The notes under the pieces: generated by a model
The model's input: the letters and a program-made list of their open reading frames with translations, nothing else
What the model was told of the DNA's origin: nothing
Databases searched by the model: none
Program-made: the position numbers and the translations under genes
Assembly (NCBI GenBank): GCA_021324975.1
Contig: JAJPIA010000069.1
Span: 5,020-69,019 of the forward strand
Direction of reading: 5' to 3'
Length of the DNA: 64,000 nt
From: Bacillota bacterium
Lineage (GTDB): Bacteria > Sysuimicrobiota > Sysuimicrobiia > Sysuimicrobiales > Segetimicrobiaceae
In this document: positions 9,095 through 17,757 of the stretch, in pieces
Layout: the number at the start of each line of letters is the position of its first letter
Numbering within the stretch: position 1 is the stretch's first letter

Positions 9095-10020
9095 GAGCGG
9101 CGCGGGACGGGCCCCGCGGCAGGTTGATCCGCCTGGTCCGCCGGGGCGGCCTCCGCGACGATCTCGACGCCGATCCCATCCCAATCCCGGAGGAGCACCG
9201 CGTGGCCCCGTGCGGACTTGGCCTCGATCGCGAGTCCCGCCGCTTCGGCGCGCCGCACCACCTGGGCCGCCTCGCGGCCGTCCGGCAGCAGGATCGAGAA
9301 CGATCCCAACCCCGTCGCGGTACCGGGCGGGCGCGACCCGCCGGCACTGCCCCACACGTTCGCGCCGATATGATGGTGATAGCCGCCGGCGGAGAAGAAC
9401 AACGCGCCCGGGTAGGCCCGGAGCGTCACGTCGAAGCCCACGATGCGGTTGTAGAACGCTTCCGCCCGGTCGAGGGCGGCCACCCTGAGGTGGATGTGGC
9501 CGATCCGCGTGCCGGCCGGCGCGCCGTTCCAGCGGTCCTCACCGCCTGCCGCCGCCAGGGCGTCGAGATCCAAAGGCTCCGAGGTCATGACGATCGCATC
9601 GTCCCGCCGCGGCCAGGTCTCTCGCGGCCGGTCGGCGTACAGCTCGAGGCCGTTGCCTTCGGGGTCTCGCAGATACAACGCCTCGCTCACAAGGTGATCG
9701 GAGGCGCCGTCGAGGGCGACGCCGCATCGTGCGAGGTGCCGAAGCAGCCGGCCGAGCCGCGCCCGGCTCGGCAGCAGGATCGCGCTGTGGTAGAGGCCGG
9801 TTGATCCCTTGGGGGGGCGCGTTGCTCCCGCAACGACCTCCAGCTCGAACAGAAACGGCGGGCGCCCGTCCACGGAGAGCCGGGCGCTACGGCCGTCGTC
9901 ATCCGGTGCACGGCGGAGACCAAGCACGTCGCAATAAAATCGGGCCATCGACGTCAGATCAGCCACGTGAAGCCGGACGCGTCCGATCGATGCGGCGGCG
10001 TCGTTGGAGGTCTCGGTCAT
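9091..10020 (-). CDS. VOC (glyoxalase/bleomycin-resistance/extradiol dioxygenase) family protein, two tandem domains
   Basis: Two glyoxalase-like repeats (RLHVADL..., IGHIHLRVAAL...); start ATG 10018-10020. Confidence 0.7.
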   Translation of the reverse strand: MTETSNDAAASIGRVRLHVADLTSMARFYCDVLGLRRAPDDDGRSARLSVDGRPPFLFELEVVAGATRPPKGSTGLYHSAILLPSRARLGRLLRHLARCGVALDGASDHLVSEALYLRDPEGNGLELYADRPRETWPRRDDAIVMTSEPLDLDALAAAGGEDRWNGAPAGTRIGHIHLRVAALDRAEAFYNRIVGFDVTLRAYPGALFFSAGGYHHHIGANVWGSAGGSRPPGTATGLGSFSILLPDGREAAQVVRRAEAAGLAIEAKSARGHAVLLRDWDGIGVEIVAEAAPADQADQPAAGPVPRRS

Positions 10021-10212
10021 CACCGTCACCCCCTGGGTTGCGCTCCTCCTCATGCTACCAAACAGCGCGGGGCGCCACGATACGATCGGCGTCGAACTGG
10101 GCAAAATAGATGTTGACGATTTGCGGACGAACATTGTGCGGCAGTCGTTACCCCCGGGGGCATCGCTCGCGGGGGTTTTGCTTTGGTTGGGCGCGTCTGC
10201 TACGATCGCGGC

Positions 10213-10356
10213 ATGGTTCGGGTCGTGTGTCCGCACTGCGCCGCGCCGATCCTGCTGCTCGTTCCGGCGGACGACGAGGAGCGCGTCACCTGTCCGGCGT
10301 GCGCGCGCTCGTTCGTGCCGGAGGAGCAAGAGTGGGTCGATCCGGAGGACGAGTGA
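10213..10356 (+). CDS. Small zinc-ribbon protein (47 aa; CPHC ... CPAC)
   Basis: Not in ORF track (<60 aa); ATG at 10213, two CxxC pairs, acidic C-terminus; sits upstream of pterin dehydratase. Confidence 0.35.
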   Translation: MVRVVCPHCAAPILLLVPADDEERVTCPACARSFVPEEQEWVDPEDE

Positions 10357-10437
10357 GCGGGTCGCCCGCACGTCGCACCGTCGTATAATGGACTAGATAC
10401 GCCTGCGCCACACCCCGATCGCACGAAGGGAGCCGCT

Positions 10438-10785
10438 ATGAGCGCCAATCTCGCCGACCGCAAGTGTGTGCCATGCCGGGGAGGCACGCCGCCGCTCAGC
10501 CGGGACCAATTTGCGCCGCTGCTGGCGCAACTGAGCGGGTGGCAGGTCGAGGACGACAAAAAGATCGTGAAATCGTACCGGTTCCACAACTTCGTCGAGG
10601 CCGTCAACTTCGTGAACGCGCTCACGCCGGTCGCGGAGCGGGAAGGCCACCACCCGGACCTGTACGTCCGGTGGGGCGAGGTGCGCGTGGACCTCTGGAC
10701 GCACAAGATCGGCGGCCTTGCCGAGGCGGACTTCGTAATGGCCGCCAAGATCGATCGCGTCGCGGGCACCGTGGGCGCAAGCTAA
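10438..10785 (+). CDS. phhB: Pterin-4-alpha-carbinolamine dehydratase (4a-hydroxytetrahydrobiopterin dehydratase)
   Basis: PCD fold motifs incl. EREGHHPDL; SD GAAGGGAG upstream of ATG. Confidence 0.85.
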   Translation: MSANLADRKCVPCRGGTPPLSRDQFAPLLAQLSGWQVEDDKKIVKSYRFHNFVEAVNFVNALTPVAEREGHHPDLYVRWGEVRVDLWTHKIGGLAEADFVMAAKIDRVAGTVGAS

Positions 10786-11076
10786 AAATAGCTCCGATCC
10801 AAGGGTCCTTTGCCGGCAAGCCGCCGGCCGTGCCGTAGCACTGCGGGCACGGCGGCGTCCGCGCTTCCCGCCCCAGCGCCAAGGTGCTGCTTACGTGTAA
10901 ATCGACGCACAACAGACGCGCAACCGCAGCGCCAATGATTCGACGTCGGCGCGTTCGATCGCGCGATGCGTTCCGTCGAGATCACGCAATCATCCCGACG
11001 GACGGCTGATCGACCGGGGCAAACACGGCAGGCTAGAAGGGGGGCCAAACGGCGCATCGCGAGAGGACCGCATACT

Positions 11077-11409
11077 ATGACGTGCCCGGCCTGTGGGTCG
11101 ACCGCCAAGCCGATCATCACGGTGGCGATCGCGCGTTCGATGACGGCCAAGCCGCTGTGGTGCACGGCGTGCCACAACTACTTTGATTATTGCCGCTGGC
11201 TGGCCAAGGAGATCGGCCGCGGCACGACGCTTGCCATCGTCGTCGGCACCGAGGCAAGCAGCCGCGAGCCCCGGCGCGACGTCACCGTGACGATCGCGCT
11301 GACGCACCACGATCCCTACGGCCGTCGCGTCGATCTCGCCGTGACAAACGTCGATCTCATCGATGCCAGGCGCACGGGCCGGTGGGGACGCGATAAGCGA
11401 ACGGCCTGA
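11077..11409 (+). CDS. Hypothetical Cys-containing protein (CPACG ... CTACH; possible zinc finger)
   Basis: Internal ATG with GAGAGGA SD; purine-rich codon position 1 and high GC3; minus-strand ORF 10990..11448 taken as antisense. Confidence 0.35.
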   Translation: MTCPACGSTAKPIITVAIARSMTAKPLWCTACHNYFDYCRWLAKEIGRGTTLAIVVGTEASSREPRRDVTVTIALTHHDPYGRRVDLAVTNVDLIDARRTGRWGRDKRTA

Positions 11410-11498
11410 AATGCACGCGCCGCGATGTGCGCCCCGCGTCGGGCGCATCTCTAGGTCAGCCTAGCCCCAGCGGTCCGCGGAATCCGAGGCGGGCGGGG

Positions 11499-11927
11499 CT
11501 ATCGCCGGCGCTCGTACGGAACGATGTGCTCCCACTCGGACGCGTCGGATCTCGCCACCACCGCGACCACCGGTTCCGTCTCGCTGAGGTTGACCACCTC
11601 GTGCGGGACGCCCGGCTCGATGAAAATGAAGTCGCCCGCCTCGTTGTCGAGGCTGAACGCGCAGCCCGGACCGTACTCGTGCCGCACGCGGCCCTGTAGG
11701 ATGTACAGCATGACCTCGAAGCCGACGTGGACGTGCGCATGCGCGACGCCGCCGGGTGGAATCACGGCCACGTTCATCGACAACCGCTTCGCACCGACAT
11801 TGTTCGCGGAGAGCCCCGTCTTATACCGGATGTTGTTCCACGTGCGGTGCACGCCACTGCCCCGGATGGTGAGGATGCCGTTTCCGCCGTCGACGCCGCC
11901 GCTGAGATGGTCGTCCGCAGCCGGCAT
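11499..11927 (-). CDS. Cupin domain protein (RmlC-like cupin)
   Basis: Cupin motifs (G..HAHVHVGFEVMLYILQG ... GDFIFIEPGVPHEVVN). Confidence 0.7.
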   Translation of the reverse strand: MPAADDHLSGGVDGGNGILTIRGSGVHRTWNNIRYKTGLSANNVGAKRLSMNVAVIPPGGVAHAHVHVGFEVMLYILQGRVRHEYGPGCAFSLDNEAGDFIFIEPGVPHEVVNLSETEPVVAVVARSDASEWEHIVPYERRR

Positions 11928-11969
11928 GCTGTCCCCCTCCCCAGCCCCGCCTCCCCGGTCATGCGGGAG

Positions 11970-14204
11970 TCACGCGGGTAGATCCCTGGCCGAGACCACG
12001 GTGTTCTTCCCGGCCCGCTTGGCGTGCGTCCGGGCGGCCTCGGCGCGCAGCAGCAACTCGTCCGCCGTAGCGGCGTCGTCGGGGAAACCCGCGACACCCA
12101 CGGAAATCGTCGCGCGCCGATCGAGCTGGACGTCCCCCAGGGACGGCGTCCAATCCTCGACGGTCAGCCGCAGCCGCTCGGCGACGCCGGCCGCGACACC
12201 CGCGGGGATATGCGACAGGATGACGCCGAAGATATCGTGACCGAGGCGGCACACGAGATCGACTTCCCGTACCGCGGACACGAAGTGCCCGGCGAGGCTG
12301 CGCAGCACGTCATCCCTCTCCGCTGAACCCAGCCCCACAGTCACTCCGTCGAAGTCGTCCACGTCGATCACGAGCAGCGAAAGCGGGTACGCGTAGCGGT
12401 GTGCGAGCCGCGCTTCCCGGTCGAGTACGTCCAGACAATACGCGCGCGTGTACGCGTCGGTTGCCGCGTCGCGGACCTGCGTGCGCTCGAGGCGTAACGC
12501 CAGCTGCTCTTGCTCTTCCCGCTGGAGTGCGAGCCGGCTCGCCGTGGCCCGCTGGTATTCCGCCGCGACCGCGCGGATCGTGACGCCGAGGCCGGCGCTC
12601 AGCCGTCTGGCCGTCGCCATCGGCCCGCCCGTGCCGGCCGTCTCCCGCCCCAGTTCTTCCCACAACAGGTCTTCGAGCGTCGCATATGCGTGCACCGCAT
12701 CCGCGAGCGCCAACCCAGTTTGGATGCACGCCTGCGTCTGTGCAACGACGCCGCGCCGGAGCTCGTCGTCGTCGGCAGAGTGCAGCCAGCGGGCCAGCGC
12801 ATGGAGGTGCGCCGCGCATGCCGTCTGCAACGACGCGCCGTCGCGGGTCGCAAACGCGGGCACGGCCGCGAGGCGCGCCGCCCATGAGGTCGCAATCCTG
12901 CCGGCGGAGCTGCCGAGGGCGCGGGCGAACGCCTGAGGTTCCTCCACAGCCGTGGAGGTTCGCATCCCCCCTATACCGGCTCCTGCTTCACGCGGGATGC
13001 CGGGCGCAGTTCCGGCTATGCGCTCGGGGCCCGCGGCGCCCGGTGAGTGAGGCCCGCAGGAGTGCCCGGCGGCCACGCACCACTCGCGGTGCACGTCGCC
13101 GATGGCCTCGCACCCCGTCGCGGTCACCACGACCGTGTCCTCGAGCTTGATGTGGCCCGTGTCGGGATCGAGCACATCGGTCTCAACGGACACGACCATC
13201 CCGGGCTCCAGGATCCCGGTCGCTTCCTCGGTAATTTCCGGAGGCTCGTGGCTGACAAGACCCAAGCCGTGGGCTTGAAACTTTCCGAGGCGGCCCCAGG
13301 GACCGGCGCTCACCGCATCGGCGCCGATCCGCCACAGTTCCCCGCAGGGCAGGCCGGCCGAGATGCTCCGCCGGATCGTCGCCTGCGCCGCCACGCAGCC
13401 GTCGAACATCTCCCGCGCCCGAGCCGGGGCGGACCCGATAGAGCCCATGCGCGCGACGTCCGAACGATAGCCATCCAGCTCGGCGCCCGCGTCCACGTGC
13501 AACGGACGCCCCCGGCCCCATGGCTCGGACGTCGCCGCCCGCACCAATCCCGGGCCCACGTTCGTCAAGGCATACAGGTACGCGGCGTCGCGCGTCTCGA
13601 GCTGGTGCCGCACTGCCGCGGCGACGTCGCGCATCGAGAGGTCGGGACGGCCGTCGATGAGCACTGCCCGAATCGCCTCCGCGGTGATCCGGTGGACCGC
13701 TTCGAGCCGCTCGATCTCCGCCGGGCGCTTCACGGCCCGCAGTTCCGCCAAGACCGGACTCGCGTCCGCGAAGGTCGCGCCGGGGAGATCACGGCGCAGC
13801 ACCTCGAAGGCATCCGCGGGCAGAAACGGCAACTCAACGCCGACGGCCCCGTTGGCGTGACCGCGGCGGCGCAACGCGTCCGCGGCTGTGGCGGCCACCT
13901 CGACCGTCATGTTCGGCCGGCGCGGCGCCCAATAGATGTCACTGATCCAGAGCGGCCCGAACGCCTGCAGAAAGTCCAACTCGTTGTCCCGGCCGACGTA
14001 GAAGGCGGAATCCAGCCGGCCGGCCGGCACGGCCACCGCCGCAAGATACTGACCGCGCCCAAATTGCGACTCCCGGCCGAAGAATGGGTTGTAGTAGCCA
14101 CCCGTCAGGTACGACACGTTGTGCCGGCTCGTCGCCAGCACCACGTCCATGCCCCGCGCACGCATCGCGCGCTGCAGCCGTTCCCCGTCAAAGGGAACCA
14201 TCAC
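11970..14204 (-). CDS. Single 744-aa ORF: N-terminal M24 metallopeptidase (Xaa-Pro aminopeptidase/creatinase-like) joined by a G/P/A-rich linker to a sensor domain and a GGDEF domain with degenerate active site (GHDIF)
   Basis: M24 motifs DAGAELDGYRSDVARM and HGLGLVSHEPPEI; GGDEF-domain region RLGHDIFGVIL; no stop between; SD GGAGGCGGAGG before ATG at 14204; possible internal start at 12965. Confidence 0.6.
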   Translation of the reverse strand: MMVPFDGERLQRAMRARGMDVVLATSRHNVSYLTGGYYNPFFGRESQFGRGQYLAAVAVPAGRLDSAFYVGRDNELDFLQAFGPLWISDIYWAPRRPNMTVEVAATAADALRRRGHANGAVGVELPFLPADAFEVLRRDLPGATFADASPVLAELRAVKRPAEIERLEAVHRITAEAIRAVLIDGRPDLSMRDVAAAVRHQLETRDAAYLYALTNVGPGLVRAATSEPWGRGRPLHVDAGAELDGYRSDVARMGSIGSAPARAREMFDGCVAAQATIRRSISAGLPCGELWRIGADAVSAGPWGRLGKFQAHGLGLVSHEPPEITEEATGILEPGMVVSVETDVLDPDTGHIKLEDTVVVTATGCEAIGDVHREWCVAAGHSCGPHSPGAAGPERIAGTAPGIPREAGAGIGGMRTSTAVEEPQAFARALGSSAGRIATSWAARLAAVPAFATRDGASLQTACAAHLHALARWLHSADDDELRRGVVAQTQACIQTGLALADAVHAYATLEDLLWEELGRETAGTGGPMATARRLSAGLGVTIRAVAAEYQRATASRLALQREEQEQLALRLERTQVRDAATDAYTRAYCLDVLDREARLAHRYAYPLSLLVIDVDDFDGVTVGLGSAERDDVLRSLAGHFVSAVREVDLVCRLGHDIFGVILSHIPAGVAAGVAERLRLTVEDWTPSLGDVQLDRRATISVGVAGFPDDAATADELLLRAEAARTHAKRAGKNTVVSARDLPA

Positions 14205-14292
14205 CGGCCTCCGCCTCCGAAGCCTCCCGGCGCGAGCTACGTTGTGCCACGCGAGAGTTCAATGGGCCGGTTTCCGAATCCCCTCCGGAGGA

Positions 14293-15054
14293 TCACTGTT
14301 CAAACGTGACGACCGCGTAGCGCGTGAGGTCGTTCACCGTTTGCCCCGTAGAGAGGCGGGCCTGGTCCCAGCCATGCGCGCCGGTGCCCGGAGGCACGGT
14401 GATGATCCCGACCAGGTCGCCGTTTCGCGAGTCGACGACCGCCGACCCCGCAAGCCCCAGCCCTGCGACCTCGAGGCCGTAGTTTCCCTCCGCATCCGAG
14501 ACGAGGACGCCGCGGGGCGCGATCCGTTGGCCCGCGGCAGTTGCCGGCAGCGAGACGGGAATCGTCTGCGTCGCGCCAAAGTCCGCGTACATCGAGCACG
14601 ACCGGCACAACTTGTTGTACGAGGCAGGCCGGCTGCTGAACGACGCCACGAGCGATACGACATCGCCCATCCACGCGAGGTTGTCGACGGTTCCCGCCGT
14701 ACCGTCGGCGTAACGCACCGTGATGTCAACGCCGAGACGGTTGAACGGGACCCCGGTCGCAAGCGGCGTGGCCACGAACGGCGCCAGGCAGCGCTTCGCC
14801 GTCGCCACGTAGGCGCGCGGGTCCCGGACTGTCACGACGATCCCGAGACAGCGCGCGGGTGCTCCGCGGCCGTGGCTCCGCACGATAACCTGAGCTGTGA
14901 TCGCGCGAAGGAGGTACGTGTCGGAGACGCTCGGAAACGCCTGCCCCTCCTGGGTCGCCATCGCGCTCATCACGAGACCGAGGAGCACCGCGAGCGCCCG
15001 CCGCGTCGCACCCGCGAGGCTCGGCATCATTGGCGGGGTCGCCCTGGAGTTCAT
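14293..15054 (-). CDS. Secreted trypsin-like (S1/PF13365-like) peptidase-domain protein, possibly non-catalytic (K-R in place of catalytic His)
   Basis: Signal peptide; C-terminal GSAVVDSRNGDLVGII resembling G-x-S-G-G-P-L-V-N-x-x-G-E-V-I-G-I; ATAKRC where TAAHC is expected. Confidence 0.4.
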   Translation of the reverse strand: MNSRATPPMMPSLAGATRRALAVLLGLVMSAMATQEGQAFPSVSDTYLLRAITAQVIVRSHGRGAPARCLGIVVTVRDPRAYVATAKRCLAPFVATPLATGVPFNRLGVDITVRYADGTAGTVDNLAWMGDVVSLVASFSSRPASYNKLCRSCSMYADFGATQTIPVSLPATAAGQRIAPRGVLVSDAEGNYGLEVAGLGLAGSAVVDSRNGDLVGIITVPPGTGAHGWDQARLSTGQTVNDLTRYAVVTFEQ

Positions 15055-16079
15055 TTCTGGCCCCCGGGATCATGTCCGCCGGACCCGCCGGTGCCGCCCG
15101 GCGGCCCGTCGGCCGAGCCGCTGCCCGGGCCCGACGTGTCCTCGTTCGGCAACGAACTGCCGAGATTCGCGCCGCCCGGCGCGGGACCTTTCCCGGGCGC
15201 GCCGGTGGACGGGGAGCTCGAACCGCCGGATGCCTTCGAGCCCCCGGAGCGGCCCGCGGCCCCCGCGCCACCCGGCCGCCCCGATTCACTTGCCGTCGCC
15301 GGCGCCCAACCGCCGGAGCCAGCCCCCGCCGCCGAAGCCTGCGCGGAGGCGGAGACGCCGCCCATCCCGGTGCTTCCCGTCGCGCTCGTGTGTCCGGAGG
15401 CGTTGGCCGAGGTCTCGCCGGCGGGCGCAGCCGGTTGGGTTCCGCGGTTCGCGCCCGAGTTGGCGACCCCGGTCGGGCCCGCTGCTCCCGACGCGTTGAT
15501 GTTGCCCGGGCCCGCCCCGCTCTGCGACGGCGCCCCCGCGGTGACACCCGCCGCATCGCCGGCTCGGCCACTTCCCTCACCGGTAGAGCCGCTGCTCGAG
15601 GCGGACGCGGACGTCCGCGGCACCGTGTCGCCCACACCCGAGCCGACCGACGGGTCCCACGCAGGCACAGTCGCGAACCCCGCGGGCGGCGGTGTCACGA
15701 TGCCCGACGGCAACGTCGCGCTGGACCGCCTGGGCCCGGGCACGATGTCGAGCGGAACCGTTTGGGGCACCACCGCCGGCAACCGGTGCGCCGGCGCGGC
15801 GCCGCGGACACGGGTAGCTGTCGGAGCCGGCCGCGCCTCCGCGGTGACCGCGACCTGCCAAGACGGCAGAATGGAAAAAAACGGTGTGCCCGGCGCGACC
15901 GCGATGAGCGATGCCGCAACCAGGAACGCCGGCGGTGCCGCCGAGAGTCTCGCCACCGAGAGCCCCCCTCCAAGCCCAAGGTGATCGTGTCGCTGCCGGT
16001 AGCGCTCCACCGGTCCGGCGACCCGGCCTCGGGCTGGACCTAGAGGCCGGCGGGCCGGGCGCCGCGCACGGGCCTCCAC
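15051..16079 (-). CDS. Membrane-anchored low-complexity Gly/Ser/Ala-rich protein (start uncertain)
   Basis: N-terminal hydrophobic segment then G/S/A-rich tail; ATGA overlap with downstream peptidase-like gene; competing Pro-rich antisense ORF shares wobble positions. Confidence 0.35.
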   Translation of the reverse strand: MEARARRPARRPLGPARGRVAGPVERYRQRHDHLGLGGGLSVARLSAAPPAFLVAASLIAVAPGTPFFSILPSWQVAVTAEARPAPTATRVRGAAPAHRLPAVVPQTVPLDIVPGPRRSSATLPSGIVTPPPAGFATVPAWDPSVGSGVGDTVPRTSASASSSGSTGEGSGRAGDAAGVTAGAPSQSGAGPGNINASGAAGPTGVANSGANRGTQPAAPAGETSANASGHTSATGSTGMGGVSASAQASAAGAGSGGWAPATASESGRPGGAGAAGRSGGSKASGGSSSPSTGAPGKGPAPGGANLGSSLPNEDTSGPGSGSADGPPGGTGGSGGHDPGGQK

Positions 16080-16170
16080 TTACCCGTACCCGCGGCCGGT
16101 CGCAGTCAATCTCCTTCACATTGGCACACTTCGCCGCTCAACAGATCCAAGCGACGTGCCGCGGATGCCG

Positions 16171-17550
16171 CTACAGGCGATTCAGTCCGTTTAGAGCAGC
16201 GACCTTGTAGGCTTCGGCGAGCGTGGGATAGTTGAACACCGCGTCACGAAGATATTCGACCATGCCCTGCTGGTCGATCAGCGTCTGTCCGATATGCACC
16301 AGTTCGGTGGCGCTCTGCCCGAGGATATGGACGGCGAGCAGCTTCAGGGTGTGGCGATCAAAGAGCAGCTTCAGGATGCCGGACCGGCCGCCGCTGATCT
16401 GCACGCGCGACAACTCCCGAAACGGCGCCACGCCCACCTCGTACGGAACGGACCGTTCCGTGAGGTCCCGCTCGGTGGGACCGATCATGGCGATCTCGGG
16501 AAAGGTGTACATGCCGTACGGCAGATTCGGCGGCAGAGCCGGCGCGTCGACCCCAAACGCGTGCAGCGCCGCGAGCCGGCCCTGCTCCATGGATGTGGAC
16601 GCGAGGCTGGGGAAGCCGATGATGTCACCTGCCGCGTAGACTCCGGGGCAGGCGGTCTGAAAGTGTTCGTCCACCTTGATACGGCCGCGACGGTCGGTCT
16701 CCACGCCGATCGCGCCCAGGTTGAGCGTGGGCGAGGCGCCTTCCCGGCCCGCGGAAAACATCAACGACTCGGTCGTGAAGCTCTTGCCGCTCTCCAGCTC
16801 GACGAGGACACGCCCGTTTTCCGTCGTTCGCACCGCCGAGACGCGCTCACCGAAGCGCAGCGTGATCCCCTCGTCCCGCATGTGGTAGTACAAGGCGTCC
16901 TGAATCTCGTCATCGACAAAGTCGAGCGGGCGGCGGCGCGCGTCGACCAGGACCACCTGCACGCCCAGCACCTGGAAGATCGTCGCGTATTCCAGGCCGA
17001 CGACGCCGGCGCCGACGAACGTCATCGAACGCGGGATCTCCTGCAGGCGGAGCAGCCCGTCGCTGTCGATCACCCGCCGGTCGTCGAACTCGATGTCCGC
17101 GGGGCGGCCCGGGACCGTGCCGACGGCGATCACCGTCCGCTGCGTTCGCAGGCGCCGCTGGCCGTCGGCCGTCGTGACGAGGAGTTCGTGCGGCTCCACG
17201 AAGCTCGCCGTGCCCGCGATGATATCGACGCGATTGCGGATCAGTTGATCGCGGACGATGTGCGCCTCGTTTTCGATCACCCGCTGCGTTCGAAACGTCA
17301 GATCATCGATCGTAATCTGTTCCTTCACCCGGTGCGCCGCACCGTAGACGGAACGCTGCCGGATACCGGAGAGGTAGGCGACCGCTTCGCGCAACGTCTT
17401 GCTGGGAATGGTGCCTTGGTAGAGGCACCCGCCGCCGACGTCGGCGTTGCGCTCCACCACCGCGACACGCCGGCCCATCTTGGCGGCCGCGATCGCGGCT
17501 CGCTGCCCCGCGGGGCCGCTTCCCAATACCACCAGCTCGTACTCGTTCAT
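16171..17550 (-). CDS. sthA: Soluble pyridine nucleotide transhydrogenase (Si-specific NAD(P)+ transhydrogenase)
   Basis: Pyridine nucleotide-disulfide oxidoreductase fold with single-Cys motif GGGCLYQGTIPSK (no redox disulfide), ~459 aa, C-terminal dimerisation domain. Confidence 0.8.
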   Translation of the reverse strand: MNEYELVVLGSGPAGQRAAIAAAKMGRRVAVVERNADVGGGCLYQGTIPSKTLREAVAYLSGIRQRSVYGAAHRVKEQITIDDLTFRTQRVIENEAHIVRDQLIRNRVDIIAGTASFVEPHELLVTTADGQRRLRTQRTVIAVGTVPGRPADIEFDDRRVIDSDGLLRLQEIPRSMTFVGAGVVGLEYATIFQVLGVQVVLVDARRRPLDFVDDEIQDALYYHMRDEGITLRFGERVSAVRTTENGRVLVELESGKSFTTESLMFSAGREGASPTLNLGAIGVETDRRGRIKVDEHFQTACPGVYAAGDIIGFPSLASTSMEQGRLAALHAFGVDAPALPPNLPYGMYTFPEIAMIGPTERDLTERSVPYEVGVAPFRELSRVQISGGRSGILKLLFDRHTLKLLAVHILGQSATELVHIGQTLIDQQGMVEYLRDAVFNYPTLAEAYKVAALNGLNRL

Positions 17551-17757
17551 CGTCCGCGTGTGTCACGTCTTTCGGGCCTCAGCGACGGCGGTCCTCTCCC
17601 GAAGATATCTGGAGTTTCTCTACCCAATCGCACCCGCCGCTCGGCGGTGCAGCAGGACCCGGCGCCCGCACATCAAAATATCGCGGTCCCTACGTGGCCG
17701 GTCCGTGAAACGGCGGCCGGACGCGGCGGGGAACGCCAACGGAGGTGAGTCGTCGAC

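Noticed and set aside
6350-9127. 925-aa plus-strand ORF
   Set aside because: Antisense to the FAD/Fe-S oxidase gene, which has clear conserved motifs. The ORF is Arg/Asp/His-rich with no motif.
13047-14309. 420-aa plus-strand ORF
   Set aside because: Antisense to the M24 peptidase portion, which has intact metal-binding motifs. Arg/Pro-rich.
14726-15637. 303-aa minus-strand Arg-rich ORF
   Set aside because: Third overlapping frame in the same region. Pure Arg/Pro/Ala low-complexity typical of a non-coding frame.
14119-15984. 621-aa plus-strand Pro-rich ORF
   Set aside because: Its first ~300 codons are antisense to the peptidase-like gene. The remainder competes with the minus-strand G/S-rich ORF, and I favoured the minus strand (TM anchor, ATGA coupling). 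It remains a real alternative (see finding).
16294-17748. 484-aa plus-strand ORF
   Set aside because: Antisense shadow of sthA.
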